This document shows, piece by piece, positions 1-13,881 of a stretch of DNA of 64,000 bases. The position numbers and the translations under genes are program-made. Each line of letters begins with the position of its first letter. The first letter of the stretch is position 1. The notes under the pieces are model-generated. The model made no database searches and had not been told where the DNA came from. It saw only the letters and a program-made list of their open reading frames with translations. This DNA is from Octopus vulgaris (taxonomy: Eukaryota): NCBI GenBank assembly GCA_951406725.2, contig OX597818.1, forward strand, positions 138,012,001 through 138,076,000. The letters are read 5' to 3'.

Positions 1-397
1 GATGGATTATAGTAAGCCAAATCTCATTTAAGCATATGCTGCTCTCTTAAAATAGAGAAGAATATACTAAACATTTCAATAATATATATATATGTATAAA
101 ACATGGTGATCACGGATGGAATGTCTTTGATCAGAAGTTTTCTTAATCAGTATGAACTGAACATAGAATATTTAAAACAGCACTTTTGTGATTTGGGCAC
201 AAACACAGAAATTTTGAGGGAAGCGGATTTGCCGATTACCTCTAACTCAGTATTTGACCGGGTACTTTATTTTATGGGCCCTGAAAGAATAAAAGGTAAA
301 GCTAATCCCGGCAGGAACTGAGCTCAGAATAAAAAGAGTTGGTACAAATGCCGCTAAGCATTTTTGCGATTGTACCCAACACTTCTTAAGAGAGCTG

Positions 398-687
398 TGA
401 AGGCGCGTGGCTTAGTGGTTAGGGCATTCGACTGACGATTGTAAGGTCGTGAGTTCGATTCCAAGCGACGCCTTGTGTCCTTGAGCAAGACACTTTATTT
501 CACGTTGCTCCAGTCCACTCAGCTGGCAAAAATGAGTTGTACCTGTATTTCACCTGAGAACCACGTTAAGGGTACGCGTGTCTGTGGATTGCTCAGTCAC
601 TTGCACGTTAATTCCACGAGCAAGCTGTTCCGTTGATCGTATCAGCTGGGACCCTCGTCGTCGTAACCGACGGAGTGCTCCTTTTTT
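398..687 (+). mobile_element. tRNA-derived SINE (CORE-like middle, family-A 3' tail) with 12-bp TSD
   Basis: A box TGGCTTAGTGG, B box GAGTTCGATTCC, middle GTGTCCTTGAGCAAGACACTTTATTTCAC, tail ...CGTCGTAACCGACGGAGTGC shared with family A; TSD TTAAGAGAGCTG at 386-397 and 688-699. Confidence 0.85.
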
Positions 688-806
688 TTAAGAGAGCTGA
701 ATGAAATCATTCAGAAAATACCCGGAGAATTTCCGGCTTTGATCTTTTCAGCGTCTATTATAAGATGTAGAAATCCCGGGAAACGGATTGAGGGAACTCT
801 TTGACA

Positions 807-1326
807 GTCTTCTTGTCTTGTCTTGAGACAGCATTCACCCGGGGTGGGTTAAGCTGGCTTCATTCATCCTCAGTGCTGCATCTCTCACAAACGCCGACCA
901 GGCCTGGCGATTTGAGGCTAACGACCGCGCGATCTCCAATCACTCCCTATTCCAGCGGTGAACGCCGTAGACATGTGGTCCTAGGTTGGGTTCCAGATCA
1001 GCCTTGACTGTCGTCAGCCAGGTTTTTCGTTGTCCACCACGTCGCTTTCGCCAACCCTGAAGGGGAGCTGGGGCAATTGCTTCGTAGATGAATTCTCCTG
1101 GTTGACGACGGAGGGCATGACCCAGCCAACACAGACGTCTCGTTAGGATGACTTGTCGGAGGGAGGTGATTTTGCACTGGTGTCGCACCGAATTTTTGGA
1201 GACAAAGTGATGCCATCGGACACGAAGGATGCGGCGTAGACAGAGGTGATCGAAGGATTTTCTATTCACTTAATATCTTCCACTCTCATCGGCCATGACT
1301 TGCTGCCGTAAAGGAGAATCGTTCGA
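807..1326 (-). mobile_element. RTE-clade LINE, 3' fragment (C-terminus of ORF plus short-repeat tail)
   Basis: Translation RTILLYGSKSWP...FDHLCLRRILRVRW...RRLCWLGHALRR...RRGGQRKTW is typical of the RTE post-RT region; (CAAGA)n-like tail at 807-826. Confidence 0.85.
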
Positions 1327-1636
1327 TCTAGTGCTTGGTAGATCCGTACTTTGGTGGTGCGTCGGATTTCAGATCTTGACCAGAGTCGTGCATTGAGTCA
1401 GACGGTCGGACAAGATGACTTGCGGTATCTGTATCTGATCCGTTTTCTTTTTTTGTTCTCCTGACAACGCCAGCGATGTCATTTGTACTAAGTTGTATCG
1501 GCCCAAGTCGGCGGTCGATTCCCTGGATATCCATCGATAGTGTGAAGATGGAAGTCATGTATGCAGAGACAACTGCCAGTCTTCCTCAAAAGAGAAAAAA
1601 TCTTCTCCAGGCTGTGCATACGTAAGCTGTATGACA

Positions 1637-2001
1637 GTGGTTAGGGCACCGGACTCGCGGTCATAGGATCGCGGTTCGATTCCCAGACCGGGCATTGTGA
1701 GTGTTTATTGAGCGAAAACACCTAAAGCTCCACGAGGCTCCGGGAGGGGATGGTGGTGATCCCTGCTGTACTCTTTCGCCACAACTTTCTCTCACTCTTA
1801 CTTCCTGTCTCTGTTGTACCTGTATTTCAAAGGGCCGGCCTTGTCACTCTGTGTGTCACGCTGAATATCCCCGAGAACTACGTTAAGGGTACACGTGTCT
1901 GTGGAGTGCTCAGCCACTTGCACGTTAATTTCACGAGCAGGCTGTTCCGTTGATTCGGATCAACCGGAACCCTCGTCGTCGTAACCGACGGAGTACTTCC
2001 A
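1637..2001 (+). mobile_element. SINE family A (tRNA-Arg-like head), slightly 5' truncated
   Basis: Near-identical to copies at 10478, 26183, 40505, 44286, 57209 and 59468. Confidence 0.9.
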
Positions 2002-2392
2002 TGCATGGCAACCCTTGATCAACAGATCTTTTTTAACATGCTGATTAAAAGCATTAATACTAGACTCAAACGGCGCGGAGATAGAGAATCCTCCTCTAAT
2101 AAAGTTGCGCTTCCTATTCGTAATCTCTTTTATTTGAATCAGCAGAATTTGTAATCGCTTTTGTTTGCATCAGCAGAATTCTTTGTTCTGTATTCTTTGA
2201 CGAGTTTATTCATTACTGCTTCATCTGCCACTCTCACGCTTAATATTTCCATAGACTTCTCCAACATTCTTCTATTTCTTTTGCAGTCGATACTGCTTTG
2301 ATTTCTATTTTCGTTTTACTTAGTTCTTCATAGATATTTTTGATAGGAACTGAATTGTTTTGGTCTAAGAATCAGAGCCTTTTATAACGATG

Positions 2393-2393
<1 letters not shown>

Positions 2394-2423
<30 letters not shown>

Positions 2424-2904
2424 CTTCTTCTTCTTCTTCTTCTTCTTCTTCTTCTTCTTCTTCTTCTTCTTCTTCTTCTTCTTCTTCTTCTTCTTCTTCT
2501 TCTTCTTCTTCTTCTTCTTCTTCTTCTTCTTCTTCTTCTTCTTCTTCTCCTTCTTCTCTTCTTCTTCTTCTTCTTCTTCTTCTTCTTCTTCTTCTTCTTC
2601 TTCTTCTTCTTCTTCTTCTTCTTCTTCTTCTCTTCTCCTTCTCCTTCTTCTTCTTCTTCTACTTCTTCTTCTTCTTCTTCTCCTCCTTCTTCTTCTCTTC
2701 CTCCTTCTTCTTCTCTTCCTCCTTCTTCTCCTCCTCCTCCTTCTTCTCTCCCCCTCCTCCCCCTCCTCCTCTTCCTCCTTTTATGCTGCTGTTCTCTCTC
2801 TCTCTGCTCCTCTCTGTATCTACCTATCGTTCTCTCGCTATCTAACTATTTCTCTCTCTCTCATCCTCCATCTCTCCCTCCTTTCTCCCTCTCTCTCTTT
2901 CTTT

Positions 2905-2998
<94 letters not shown>
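2394..2998. repeat. (CTT)n, degenerate (CCT)n and (CT)n microsatellites forming a long polypyrimidine tract
   Basis: Directly visible. Confidence 0.97.
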
Positions 2999-3000
<2 letters not shown>

Positions 3001-3184
3001 TTCTCCCTTTCTTGCGACTCAGGCGTTCTTTGATTTTACAGAATATTTCTCTATTATTGGGCTATAGTTTCCTTTTAAAAAATATTTCTGCTTCTTCGTT
3101 GTTGATTACATTAACGAACTTCCTTTATTTTCTACCTTCATCTTTATTTCATTTACATTATATTCTTGCTTAATGACACTCTGA

Positions 3185-3188
3185 TATA

Positions 3189-3267
<79 letters not shown>

Positions 3268-3411
3268 ATGTAAGTATATATATATATATATATATATATA
3301 CATACATACATGAATATATATATATATATATAAATACATACATACGTGCATATATATATATATATATATATACATACATATATATACATATATACATACA
3401 TACATGCATGC

Positions 3412-3457
<46 letters not shown>

Positions 3458-3630
3458 GTATGTATGTATATATATATATACCCACACACACCTATATATA
3501 TATTTATATATGCATACACATACATTTACATATATGTGTGTGTTTGTGTGTGTGTTTGTGTGTGTGTTATATATATATGTGTTTTATATTTATATATGTG
3601 TGCGCGCGTGTGTGCGTGTGTGCGTGTGTA
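3185..3630. repeat. Compound (TA)n/(TG)n/(TACA)n microsatellite, representative of dozens in the window
   Basis: Directly visible; source of the [12 protein letters not shown] ORFs. Confidence 0.97.
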
Positions 3631-4081
3631 GTTTTCACAGACTATTTAATTTCCTTTCTACCTATAGCGACTTTTATTTTATGGTTATTGCAGATTTTTA
3701 TCGTGAAGTCTTATCTTCGGAACAATATTTCCCTTTGTCCGTAGGAATATCTTTTTTATCGATTTCAATTTCCATTTCTATTTCTATTTCTACCTCGAAA
3801 TTATTTCCATATTCAAAGCCTACCATCTTTAGAATTGTCTATTCTTAAATCTATCACATATTTACTTTTAAATTATGTTTCTTTTGAAATTGTCAAGTTC
3901 TTGTTAGACCTTTATTGTTTGGTATTCTGTGAGTGTTCCAGTGTTTGAATTTGTTGCGTTTTGTAGTTCTGTTTGTTTTCCACATGATTTACTCTTTTAG
4001 TGTTTATAACTTCTATGCTTCTTCTTGCTGTTTGCATTATTCCTTGTTGTCCTCGCTCGTTTCATTTTTTCGTTTTCTTTT

Positions 4082-4356
<275 letters not shown>

Positions 4357-4364
4357 TATATGTG

Positions 4365-4870
<506 letters not shown>

Positions 4871-5100
4871 ATAATATATATATATTTGAAGTGTTCTATT
4901 TCTATGCTTGATATACATTTCTTTTTTTTTTATATTTCCAGAATGTATATCGTTAAATAAGTTTTGATTTTAGAGAATATATATTGTTAAATTAATTATT
5001 TTCTTTCCTGATATTTCATATAAATATCGTTATATTTTAGCGTTGCTGTTAAATATGCATGTAGTATAGAAACGTGGCCCACTCTCGTCCATCGCTTTCA

Positions 5101-5102
<2 letters not shown>

Positions 5103-5133
<31 letters not shown>

Positions 5134-5525
5134 CTTCTTCTTCTTCTTCTTCTTCTTCTTCTTCTTCTTCTTCTTCTTCTTCTTCTTCTTCTTCTCCTTC
5201 TCCTCCTTCTTCTTCTTCACCTTCTTCTTCTTCTTCACCTTCTATTTCTTCTTCACCTACTTGTTGTTGTTGTTGTTGTTGTTGTTCTTCTTCTTCTTCT
5301 TCTTCTTCTTCTTCCACTTCCCTTCCTCCTCCTCCTCCTTCTCCTCCTCCTCCTTCTTGTTCTTGTTGTTGTTGTTCTTCTTCTTATTATTATTCTTATT
5401 CTTCTTCCACTTCCCTTCCTCCTCCTCCTCCTTCTTGTTCTTGTTCTTGTTCTTGTTCTTGTTCTTGTTGTTGTTGTTGTTCTTCTTCTTCTTCTTACTC
5501 CTCCTCCTCCTCCTCCTCCTTTTCT
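5103..5525. repeat. (CTT)n/(GTT)n/(CCT)n compound trinucleotide repeat
   Basis: Directly visible. Confidence 0.95.
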
Positions 5526-6198
5526 TCTTACACTTTGCTTTCGCAGAGAAGTCTCTTCACCATATACAGAGCATAATTTCCGTTCCGGTTTCCAATCTAT
5601 AATCTGTTACTAGGTACCATGGTGGCACATAGTGTCATTTACAAGACTGCGTCACAATTTGTCGAATGCCACCTTGACATTGATTCTTAGTCCATAACTT
5701 GTAACTCTGCACCTCAGACACCCAAATGCTGTTGCTAAAAGATCCATTTATTGCCATATTAGCTTTCGACTATTGAGACATTCCCATTACCAAGCTTCTG
5801 TTCACATCAGATGTCGTTTCCCACCATTTCTATTATTGTAGTTGTAGTTGTTGTTGTTGTTGTTTAGCCCTCGGCAACACTGATTCAAGCTGTTCTAACC
5901 GTAACCTTCAATCTTTTTTAATGTGCGTAGGACTAGATTAAGCAACGTGTTAGCAATTATGTGAATCGACTGGTGACATTATACTGCGTGCGTGCTAGCA
6001 AATCGGCAACAGTCAACAATTTCTTGAAAATGGGGACATAACCGGAAAATATTTAATACAAGGTAAGTCTACATTAATTTACATATTTGTTTTCTTGTAA
6101 TTTACCTTGCATTTAATTTGCATTGTTTTGGCCTTACGCACAATCCTTTATACAATATACTCTACACAAAGCTTTAGTGTAATTATTCCATTATAATA

Positions 6199-6315
<117 letters not shown>

Positions 6316-6770
6316 TTATTTATGTATGTATGTATGTATGTATGTATGTATGTATGTATGTATGTATATGTGCACTGGAGTCGATATAATCGACTTAATA
6401 CCTATGTCTGTCCTTGTTTGTCCCCTCTATGTTTCCTGTTATATAACCCCACATATTTAGCCCCTTGTGGGTAATAAAGAAATAGGTATTTCGTCTGTCT
6501 TCACGATCTAACTTCATATGCCTCCGGGGTCGACTTTGCCCTTCATCCTTTTGGGGTTCTATAAATTAAGTACCAGTTACGCACTTGGGTCGATGTAATC
6601 GACTGGTCCCCTCCCACAAAATTGTACCTATAGCAGAAAGGACATTGTAAATTCCATTGTTGTCGAGAGTGTTTAGATTATTGCTTATTACTCTTCATTC
6701 TTACCTCCCTTGTTGTGGTGCATTTTTCTGTAAGAATATTTCTTTGCTTTCTGTAGTTTCTTTTTTCCTG

Positions 6771-6845
<75 letters not shown>

Positions 6846-6850
6846 CGTGC

Positions 6851-6908
<58 letters not shown>

Positions 6909-7001
6909 TACATTTGCAGTAAAGCAGTGAACTGTTTTCAACAACTGTTTTCAACACAGACAATGCTAAATATATACATTTGTCTTACGCATATTCATAT
7001 C

Positions 7002-7285
7002 CAGGCCGGGCTATGTGTTGTCTTCTTGAGCAAGTAACTTTATTTCACTTGCTCCAGCTCACTCAGCTGTAGAAATGAGTTGCGACATCACAGGTGCCAA
7101 GCTGTATCGGTCTTTGTCTTTCCCTTGGGTAACATCGGTGGCGTAGAGAGGGGAGGCCGGTATCCATGGGCAACTGCTGGTCTTTCATAAACAGCCTTGC
7201 TCAGACTTGTGCCGCGGAGAGTAAATTTCTAGGTGCAAATCCCATGGTCATTCTTGACCGAAGGAGGTCTTTACCCTTTTACCCT
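7002..7285 (+). mobile_element. Older SINE with CORE-like middle and a different 3' tail
   Basis: TTGAGCAAGTAACTTTATTTCACTTGCTCCAGCTCACTCAGCTGTAGAAATGAGTTG matches 481-540, then diverges; ends (TTTACCC)2. Confidence 0.65.
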
Positions 7286-7477
7286 ATATACAAAAGTTAA
7301 ACATACTTATTTGTACAAGCAGCGATACGCTCTCATACGTTTACATTCATAAGTTTGCAGATACATATACACCCATGTCTAAATTTCAGTGGAAGAGCCT
7401 CGTCATGTGTTTTTGGAGACCGGCTATTTCTCCCTTGGTAAAGGAATATATAAAATATAGCCAGATATATACACATC

Positions 7478-7710
7478 TCTTATCTTTTATCTTTTATCTT
7501 TTAGTTGTTACAGTCATTAGACTGCGGCTATGCTGGGGCATGGCTCTGAACAATAATTTGAATGAACCGATTGCAGTAATTTTTTCTTAAGCCTGGTACT
7601 TATTTTATCGATATCTTTTGCCGAACCATAAAGTTACGGGGTCGAAAACATACCAACACCGATTGGCAAGCGGTAGTGGGGGACAAAATAAAACACAAAG
7701 TCACACAGAC

Positions 7711-7746
<36 letters not shown>

Positions 7747-7794
7747 GCACATACATACATACATACATATATATATGTATATATATATATACAG

Positions 7795-7853
<59 letters not shown>

Positions 7854-8015
7854 GATGGTCTTCTTCCAGTTTTCATCTAACAAATCCCCTCACAAAGCAT
7901 TGGTTGGCTCGAGGCTATAGCAGAAGACACTTGCCCTAAGTGCCACACAGTGGGATTGAACCTGCAATCATGTGGTTGGGAAGCAAATTTCTTGTCACAC
8001 AGTTACAGCTGCGCC
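7478..8015 (-). mobile_element. SINE family B, diverged full-length copy
   Basis: Reverse complement matches 4477-4870; expanded internal (TA)/(CA) tract. Confidence 0.85.
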
Positions 8016-8395
8016 TGTACGTAATTTTTGAAACGATAGGTGTTTTCAGGCATAGAAAGTGACCACCTAACATGTATTTTGAAAAAATAAGATCAGTAAA
8101 CGACGCATGAAAATGTGTAAGACTTCTCTAAAGTCCAGCATATCACTTTTCGTCTTTGTTGCCATCGAAACTTCAGCAGCTGAGCTTTGTATTTATGTTA
8201 GAAACTAGTAACGTTTTATGTGAATTCAGTGAAGAATGAGACACAAACAAACACACACACACACCACACACATATGCACACATACACACACACACACATA
8301 TATACATACGTGCATGCATGCATGTATACATACATCCATACAAACGTACTTACATAGATACGTACATACATACATGCACAAATGTACGACATACA

Positions 8396-8620
8396 TATTT
8401 CTTTACTACCCACAAGGGGCTAAACACAGAGAGGATAAACAAGGACAGACAGACGGATTAAGTCGATTATATCGACTCCAGTGCGTAACTGGTACTTAAT
8501 TTATCGACCCCGAAAGGATGAAAGGCAAAGTCGACCTCGGCGGAATTTGAACTCACAACGTAACGCAGACGAAATACCGCTAAGCATTTCGCCCGGCGTG
8601 CTAACGTTTCTGCCAGCTCG
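8396..8620 (-). mobile_element. SINE family C
   Basis: RC reads CGAGCTGGCAGAAACGTTAGCACGCCGGGCGAAATGCTTAGCGG...TTCAAATTCCGCCGAGGTCGACTTTGCCTTTCATCCTTTCGGGGTCGATAAATTAAGTACCAG; other copies or fragments at ~240-365, 6370-6640, 11895-12118, 12133-12350, 13150-13354, 35212-35408, 38680-38842 and 60448-60600. Confidence 0.85.
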
Positions 8621-9146
8621 CATACATGCATACATACATATATACATTTACATACAAGCATACATACATAGAGACAGACAGACAGACGGACAAACAGATA
8701 ACCTAGATATACGCAACTGAAGAACAGAGGCTCGCAATAAGCGGTCGAGAAACCCACTACGCATTCGCTGACAAAACCTTAGAATTGCACAGACGGGATT
8801 TACGGGCACACATTCATACACACACACACTCGCAAAAAGAAAGCCACAACTTCACACAGTCGTGTAGAACACATATACAAACAAACACACACGCACACAA
8901 ATACACACACACGCACACAAACACACACACACACACGCATGCAAACACGCACTCACATACGTGTACTCACACAAAAACACTTACCTATACACATTAACAC
9001 ACAAGAAAACCGTTTTGCCATTCATTTTGAAAGACACTTTATATAACATTTTTTCAATAGAAAATTAAAACTTCGTTAAGATTTAATTTAATTTTCATTC
9101 CTCAATTGCTTGCATGCTTTGTCTTCTATTTTTCTGTTCCAATTTC

Positions 9147-9199
<53 letters not shown>

Positions 9200-10239
9200 T
9201 AATAAGGTTTCTTTTTCTCTTCCATATTGTTTTACGGATTCCCAATGATTACCCCTTTATAGAAACAGTCCTTCATTATCAATATTTTTCTTGTGTTTTT
9301 CTATTTAATTTCATTTAATTAAACATTTTTTTTTTTGAAATTTTACATACTTGAAATATTCCCAACCATCCACTTAAAATGTGACTGACTACAAAAAGAG
9401 ATGCTTTTGTCTTGCATTGTTTTGGAGGGGATTTCGTTATGTCTTAACGTAAATATAAACGTTAAAGATGTAGTTAATGTTATAGATGTTGTATGAAGAA
9501 TTATTCGTTTTCAACGGAGTAGAAATATTGGAAGATTTTGTCTGATTTTTTGTTTCTTTTTAATGTTTAACACACTTCAACATTGTAAAAATATTTTTGA
9601 ATACATTAATAAAAACGTGAAAACCAGACCATGTTGTAACTTTATTCAATTGATATATTATTCTATACACATTTATACAAATGTGGGGGAAAATATATAA
9701 GCTATAGGAATGAATAATTCTCAAATGAATGAAAATACATTCGCATGAACAGGTTAAGCAATCCGTACATTGAAAAAAAAAAGATGGTTACCGACTAGCA
9801 ATGACATTCGAACTCACATCCTTCTGATTACGCATCAAGTGATTTAAGCTCTAAGCTAAATTGCCCAGTAACGAGTCCTGCTGCAAATTTTAGGATTTAT
9901 AAATCTAGCTTTGTAAGACGCTGACGTTAAATTTAACTTACGATGAAAGAAGACAAAGTTTGCCTCAGAAGCGTTGAGATGTATTGGAAGATATAGAAAT
10001 AATTTATTCTCAAACGCATAATGCTGATACTATAGCATGAACAGGATACACTATCCATATATTGCAGAAAAAATCATTACAGGCTAACCATGAGACTTGA
10101 ATTTACAAAGTTGATCCTGTTCATGCTATTGTATTAGAATTAACATGCGTTTAAGAATAAAATATTTCTGTATCTTTCAATACATCTCAACGCTTCTAAA
10201 TATAATGTATATACAAAAAATATATTTGCATGTGTATAC

Positions 10240-10380
10240 TTTTACTTACTTTTAGCTTTATCGCTTTCAGCTCAAAGTTGCAGCAATGCTGGGGCACCGC
10301 CATTTTGCTATACTGTTACAATTAAAAACCTCCTGTTGTGCGTGGCATTTGGTCAATAAGGGAGTTTGATGCATTTGTGT
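10240..10380 (-). mobile_element. CR1-group LINE extreme 3' end (same family as 31993-32790)
   Basis: TTTCAGCTCAAAGTTGCAGCAATGCTGGGGCACCGCCATTTTGCTATACTGTT...GTGGCATTTGGT...GGAGTTTGAT aligns with ~32005-32110. Confidence 0.7.
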
Positions 10381-10477
10381 ATCAAGGTATGCATGTATAA
10401 ATATATAACTTTATAAATGGCACATGGATGTGTGGTTAAGAAGTTTGCTTCACAACTACATGTCTATGTGTCCGATC

Positions 10478-10866
10478 GTGGAGGCGCAATGGCCTAGTGG
10501 TTAGGGCAGCGGACTCGCGGTCTTAGGATCGCGGTTTCGATTCCCAGACCGGGCGTTGTGAGTGTTTATTGAGCGAAAACACCTAAAGCTCCACGAGGCT
10601 CCGGCAGGGATGGTGGTGATCCCTGCTGTACTCTTTCACCACAACTTTCTCTCACTCTTACTTCCTGTTTCTGTTGTACCTGTATTTCAAAGGGCCGGCC
10701 TTGTCACTCTCTGTGTCACGCTGAATATCCCCGAGAACTACGTTAAGGGTGCACGTGTCTGTGGAATGCTCAGCCACTTACACGTTAATTTCACGAGCAG
10801 GCTGTTCCGTTGATCGGATCAACCGGAACACTCATCGTCGTAACCGACGGAGTGCTAAAGAGAAAG
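10478..10866 (+). mobile_element. SINE family A, full length, 12-bp TSD, nested in a decayed family-B-like SINE
   Basis: TSD ATGTGTCCGATC at 10466-10477 and 10867-10878; A box TGGCCTAGTGG, B box GGTTTCGATTCC. Confidence 0.92.
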
Positions 10867-11894
10867 ATGTGTCCGATCTCAATGTTCTGTACATTGGACA
10901 TGCATTTTCCACCCTAGCCGGTGTCGACCGAATGCTGATGAGTGGAATTTGGTTCACGGGAACTGTGTGAAACCTATTACATTGATCGTTTTGTTTTAAA
11001 ATGGTAAACTTAATTTGTCACCTAGTTTAACACTTAACACCACCATGTGGTCCTTGCGCCCCTTCAGTGGTGTCCACTCTGTTGCAAGCATTCAGGGCGG
11101 GTCTCCAGTCTAAGATTAATTTCTTCCTTTTCTTTTACTAATCTCAGAAACCTTAAAAAGAATTTTAGGCGCTGTTCTTACAAAACTATTAAAAACTCAG
11201 TGACATCCTTAAGCATTTGTCTTCATAAGTATATTGAAATGATTTTAAAGTTTTGTTGCCCTTGTAGCAAATAAACATTTCAAACCATTGTATTTATTTC
11301 TCTTTGTGTTCAGATCTGAGTGGTTTTGGAGTGTGGTTAATATTGTGTTGGTTTAGTATATGCTTATTATGTTTTTGTTCATATAATTTTGTTCGTATCC
11401 AGTGTCCAAATTGTTATTAATAACTTTTACTTTCACACTACTCGTCCTGCTTATTTCAGTTTCAAGACGCTTCTACAGGGAAGAATTTCCCCCTTCTCCT
11501 TCGGGGCAGTGTATTTGTTAGAAGGTATCAAGACGTCTCTCAGTACACTCATGTTCCTTCTAGACCTTCTTAATTAATTATATCTGGACGGTCTGCTTTT
11601 TATAATTATATTATTAATTGCCTTTGTTATAATATATTAATTGCATTATAATTTGCTTTTGATAATTAGCATGATGGAGTGATGGAGGTTTTAAAGCTTC
11701 AAAGGAAATTCTTCGCGGTTATTTTGGTCCCAGCTGTTCAAGATCTGAGTTCAAATTCCGCAATAATCACCTTTGTTTTTTCCTCGTTTCTGGCTTTATA
11801 AAATAATGTACCACAAAACAGATCTCTTTAAATCCAAACTTAGTGACCTTGTACCTATTTTAGAAACGACAATTATAATTTTATGCCTATTACT

Positions 11895-12350
11895 AAGGCA
11901 GTAAGCTGGTAGACTCGTTACCACGCCAGACAAAAACCAAATGAAATACTTCACGGCATTTCGCCCGTCAAAGTTTTGAGCTCAAATTCCGGTGAGGCCG
12001 ACTTTGCTTTTCATTCTTAAGGGTTCGGTAAAGCAAGTGCCAATCAAATACTGGAGTAGGTATAATCGACTAGTCGGCTCTCCAGAGATTTCAGGCCATG
12101 TACCTATAGTAGAAAGGATTATTATTATTATTAAGGCAGCGAGCAGGCAGAATCGTTAGCACGCCGAGCAAAATATATAGCGGCACTTCGCCCGTCTTTA
12201 CGTTCTGAGTTCAAATTCCGCTGAGTTTGACTTTCATCCTTTCGGAGTAGATAAATTAAGTAACAGTTGCGTACTAAAGACGATCTAATCGACTGCCCCC
12301 CGCCCCCTCTCACCCAACTTTTCAGGTCTTGTGCTTATAGCAAAAGAGGA
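11895..12350 (+). mobile_element. Two tandem diverged family-C SINEs, each ending in (ATT)n
   Basis: Both start AAGGCAG.GAGC/AAGC.GG.AGA.TCGTTA and contain TCAAATTCCG...GACTTT; (ATT)n at 12118-12132 and 12350-12465. Confidence 0.75.
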
Positions 12351-12371
12351 TTATTATTATTATTATTATTA

Positions 12372-12466
<95 letters not shown>

Positions 12467-12933
12467 CCGATCTCTGATTGCGCCGATTCTCAAATCCAAG
12501 TGTACGTCAAAGGACACAAGTAACAGAATGCTATTGACTTTGGAGATCAAACTCTTCTGTATCTGATAGAAGGACCGTGAATGGCCCCAGAGTGGCCGTC
12601 CACTTTGATGTATTTTGTTTCATTTCATTTCAGTTATGTTCTTATTTGTTATGTTTTTTTAATTTTTTTGTAAACATATGCAGTGTTTTTCTATTGTATT
12701 GAAGGTTACCATACGTTAAATGTTCAGTACCTACTGGTGATATTGTTTTGTCCGTTACTTAAATGTCTTATGTCTAGGAGCATTCTACGTTTTTGACAGT
12801 GATATTTTCTGTTGAATGGATAAATGTGTGCGGCTTCCTGATCCTGAAGAACCATAGATGAACCAATTATATACATTGAGAAGCAAACAATTACGGATTT
12901 TATACATATATATATACGTATATATATATATAA

Positions 12934-12982
<49 letters not shown>

Positions 12983-13366
12983 TCACGTGACCAACAGGAG
13001 TATCAGATATTTTTACACAACGCTGTTCACAGAGCGTTTTGCAACGTTTTAGCATTCGAATAACTCTACCTCGCTGGCGAGGTGAGCAAACCAACATACG
13101 TGTGTGTGTGTGTGTGCGTATTAATCCGTTCTAGATTAGCCCGAAGGCCTGGAATTTTGGGAGAGGGATTAATCGGTTACATAGACTCCTGTACGAGATC
13201 GATAAAATAAGTACCACTGGTACTTATTTTACCGACTCCGTAAGGATGAAAGACAAAGTCGACCTCCGTGGAATTCGAACTCAGAACGTAAGACTAGAAG
13301 AAATACTGCTAAGTATTTTGTCCGGTGTACTGACATTTCTACTAGCTCGCTGCCATATATATATAA

Positions 13367-13735
13367 GTCTGCCGAAAAAGTCCTCTTCGTTTTCTTGGCA
13401 CATTGCCAAATGAGCCTGGAAGCAATTGACTCGTTCCTGCTTCTGAAAAGGTGTGAGTATAAGGAGGAAACCATCGTGAAAACTACTTCCGTGTGTGCAA
13501 ATGCTAGTGAATGATTTTTTCCCACAGACCCTACACTTATCTTCACTTCTTGGGCTAGTTGCCGAATAGTTAGTTATGCGGCAATACTCCAAATTGGCGG
13601 CTTTCACGTCCAGGAATAGGAGCAGTTTCCACCGATGTCCGACCACATTAGAAGTAGCGATGCAAGTGGTTGACTAAGTCATATGATGGTACATTGTCAT
13701 CATAAAAAAGCCGCAATAATTATGCACCAACCCAA
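13367..13735 (-). repeat. Inverted duplicate of 13878-14245 (mariner TIR plus transposase fragment)
   Basis: Near-perfect reverse complement; ORFs 13281-13646(-) and 13967(+) share the same N-terminal translation. Confidence 0.95.
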
Positions 13736-13759
13736 TATATATATATATATATTGGGTTG

Positions 13760-13838
<79 letters not shown>

Positions 13839-13842
13839 GTTG

Positions 13843-13877
<35 letters not shown>

Positions 13878-13881
<4 letters not shown>

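Noticed and set aside
1701-1953. Recurrent ORFs MFIERKHLKL.../MVVIPAVLF... (7 copies)
   Set aside because: Chance frames within SINE family A
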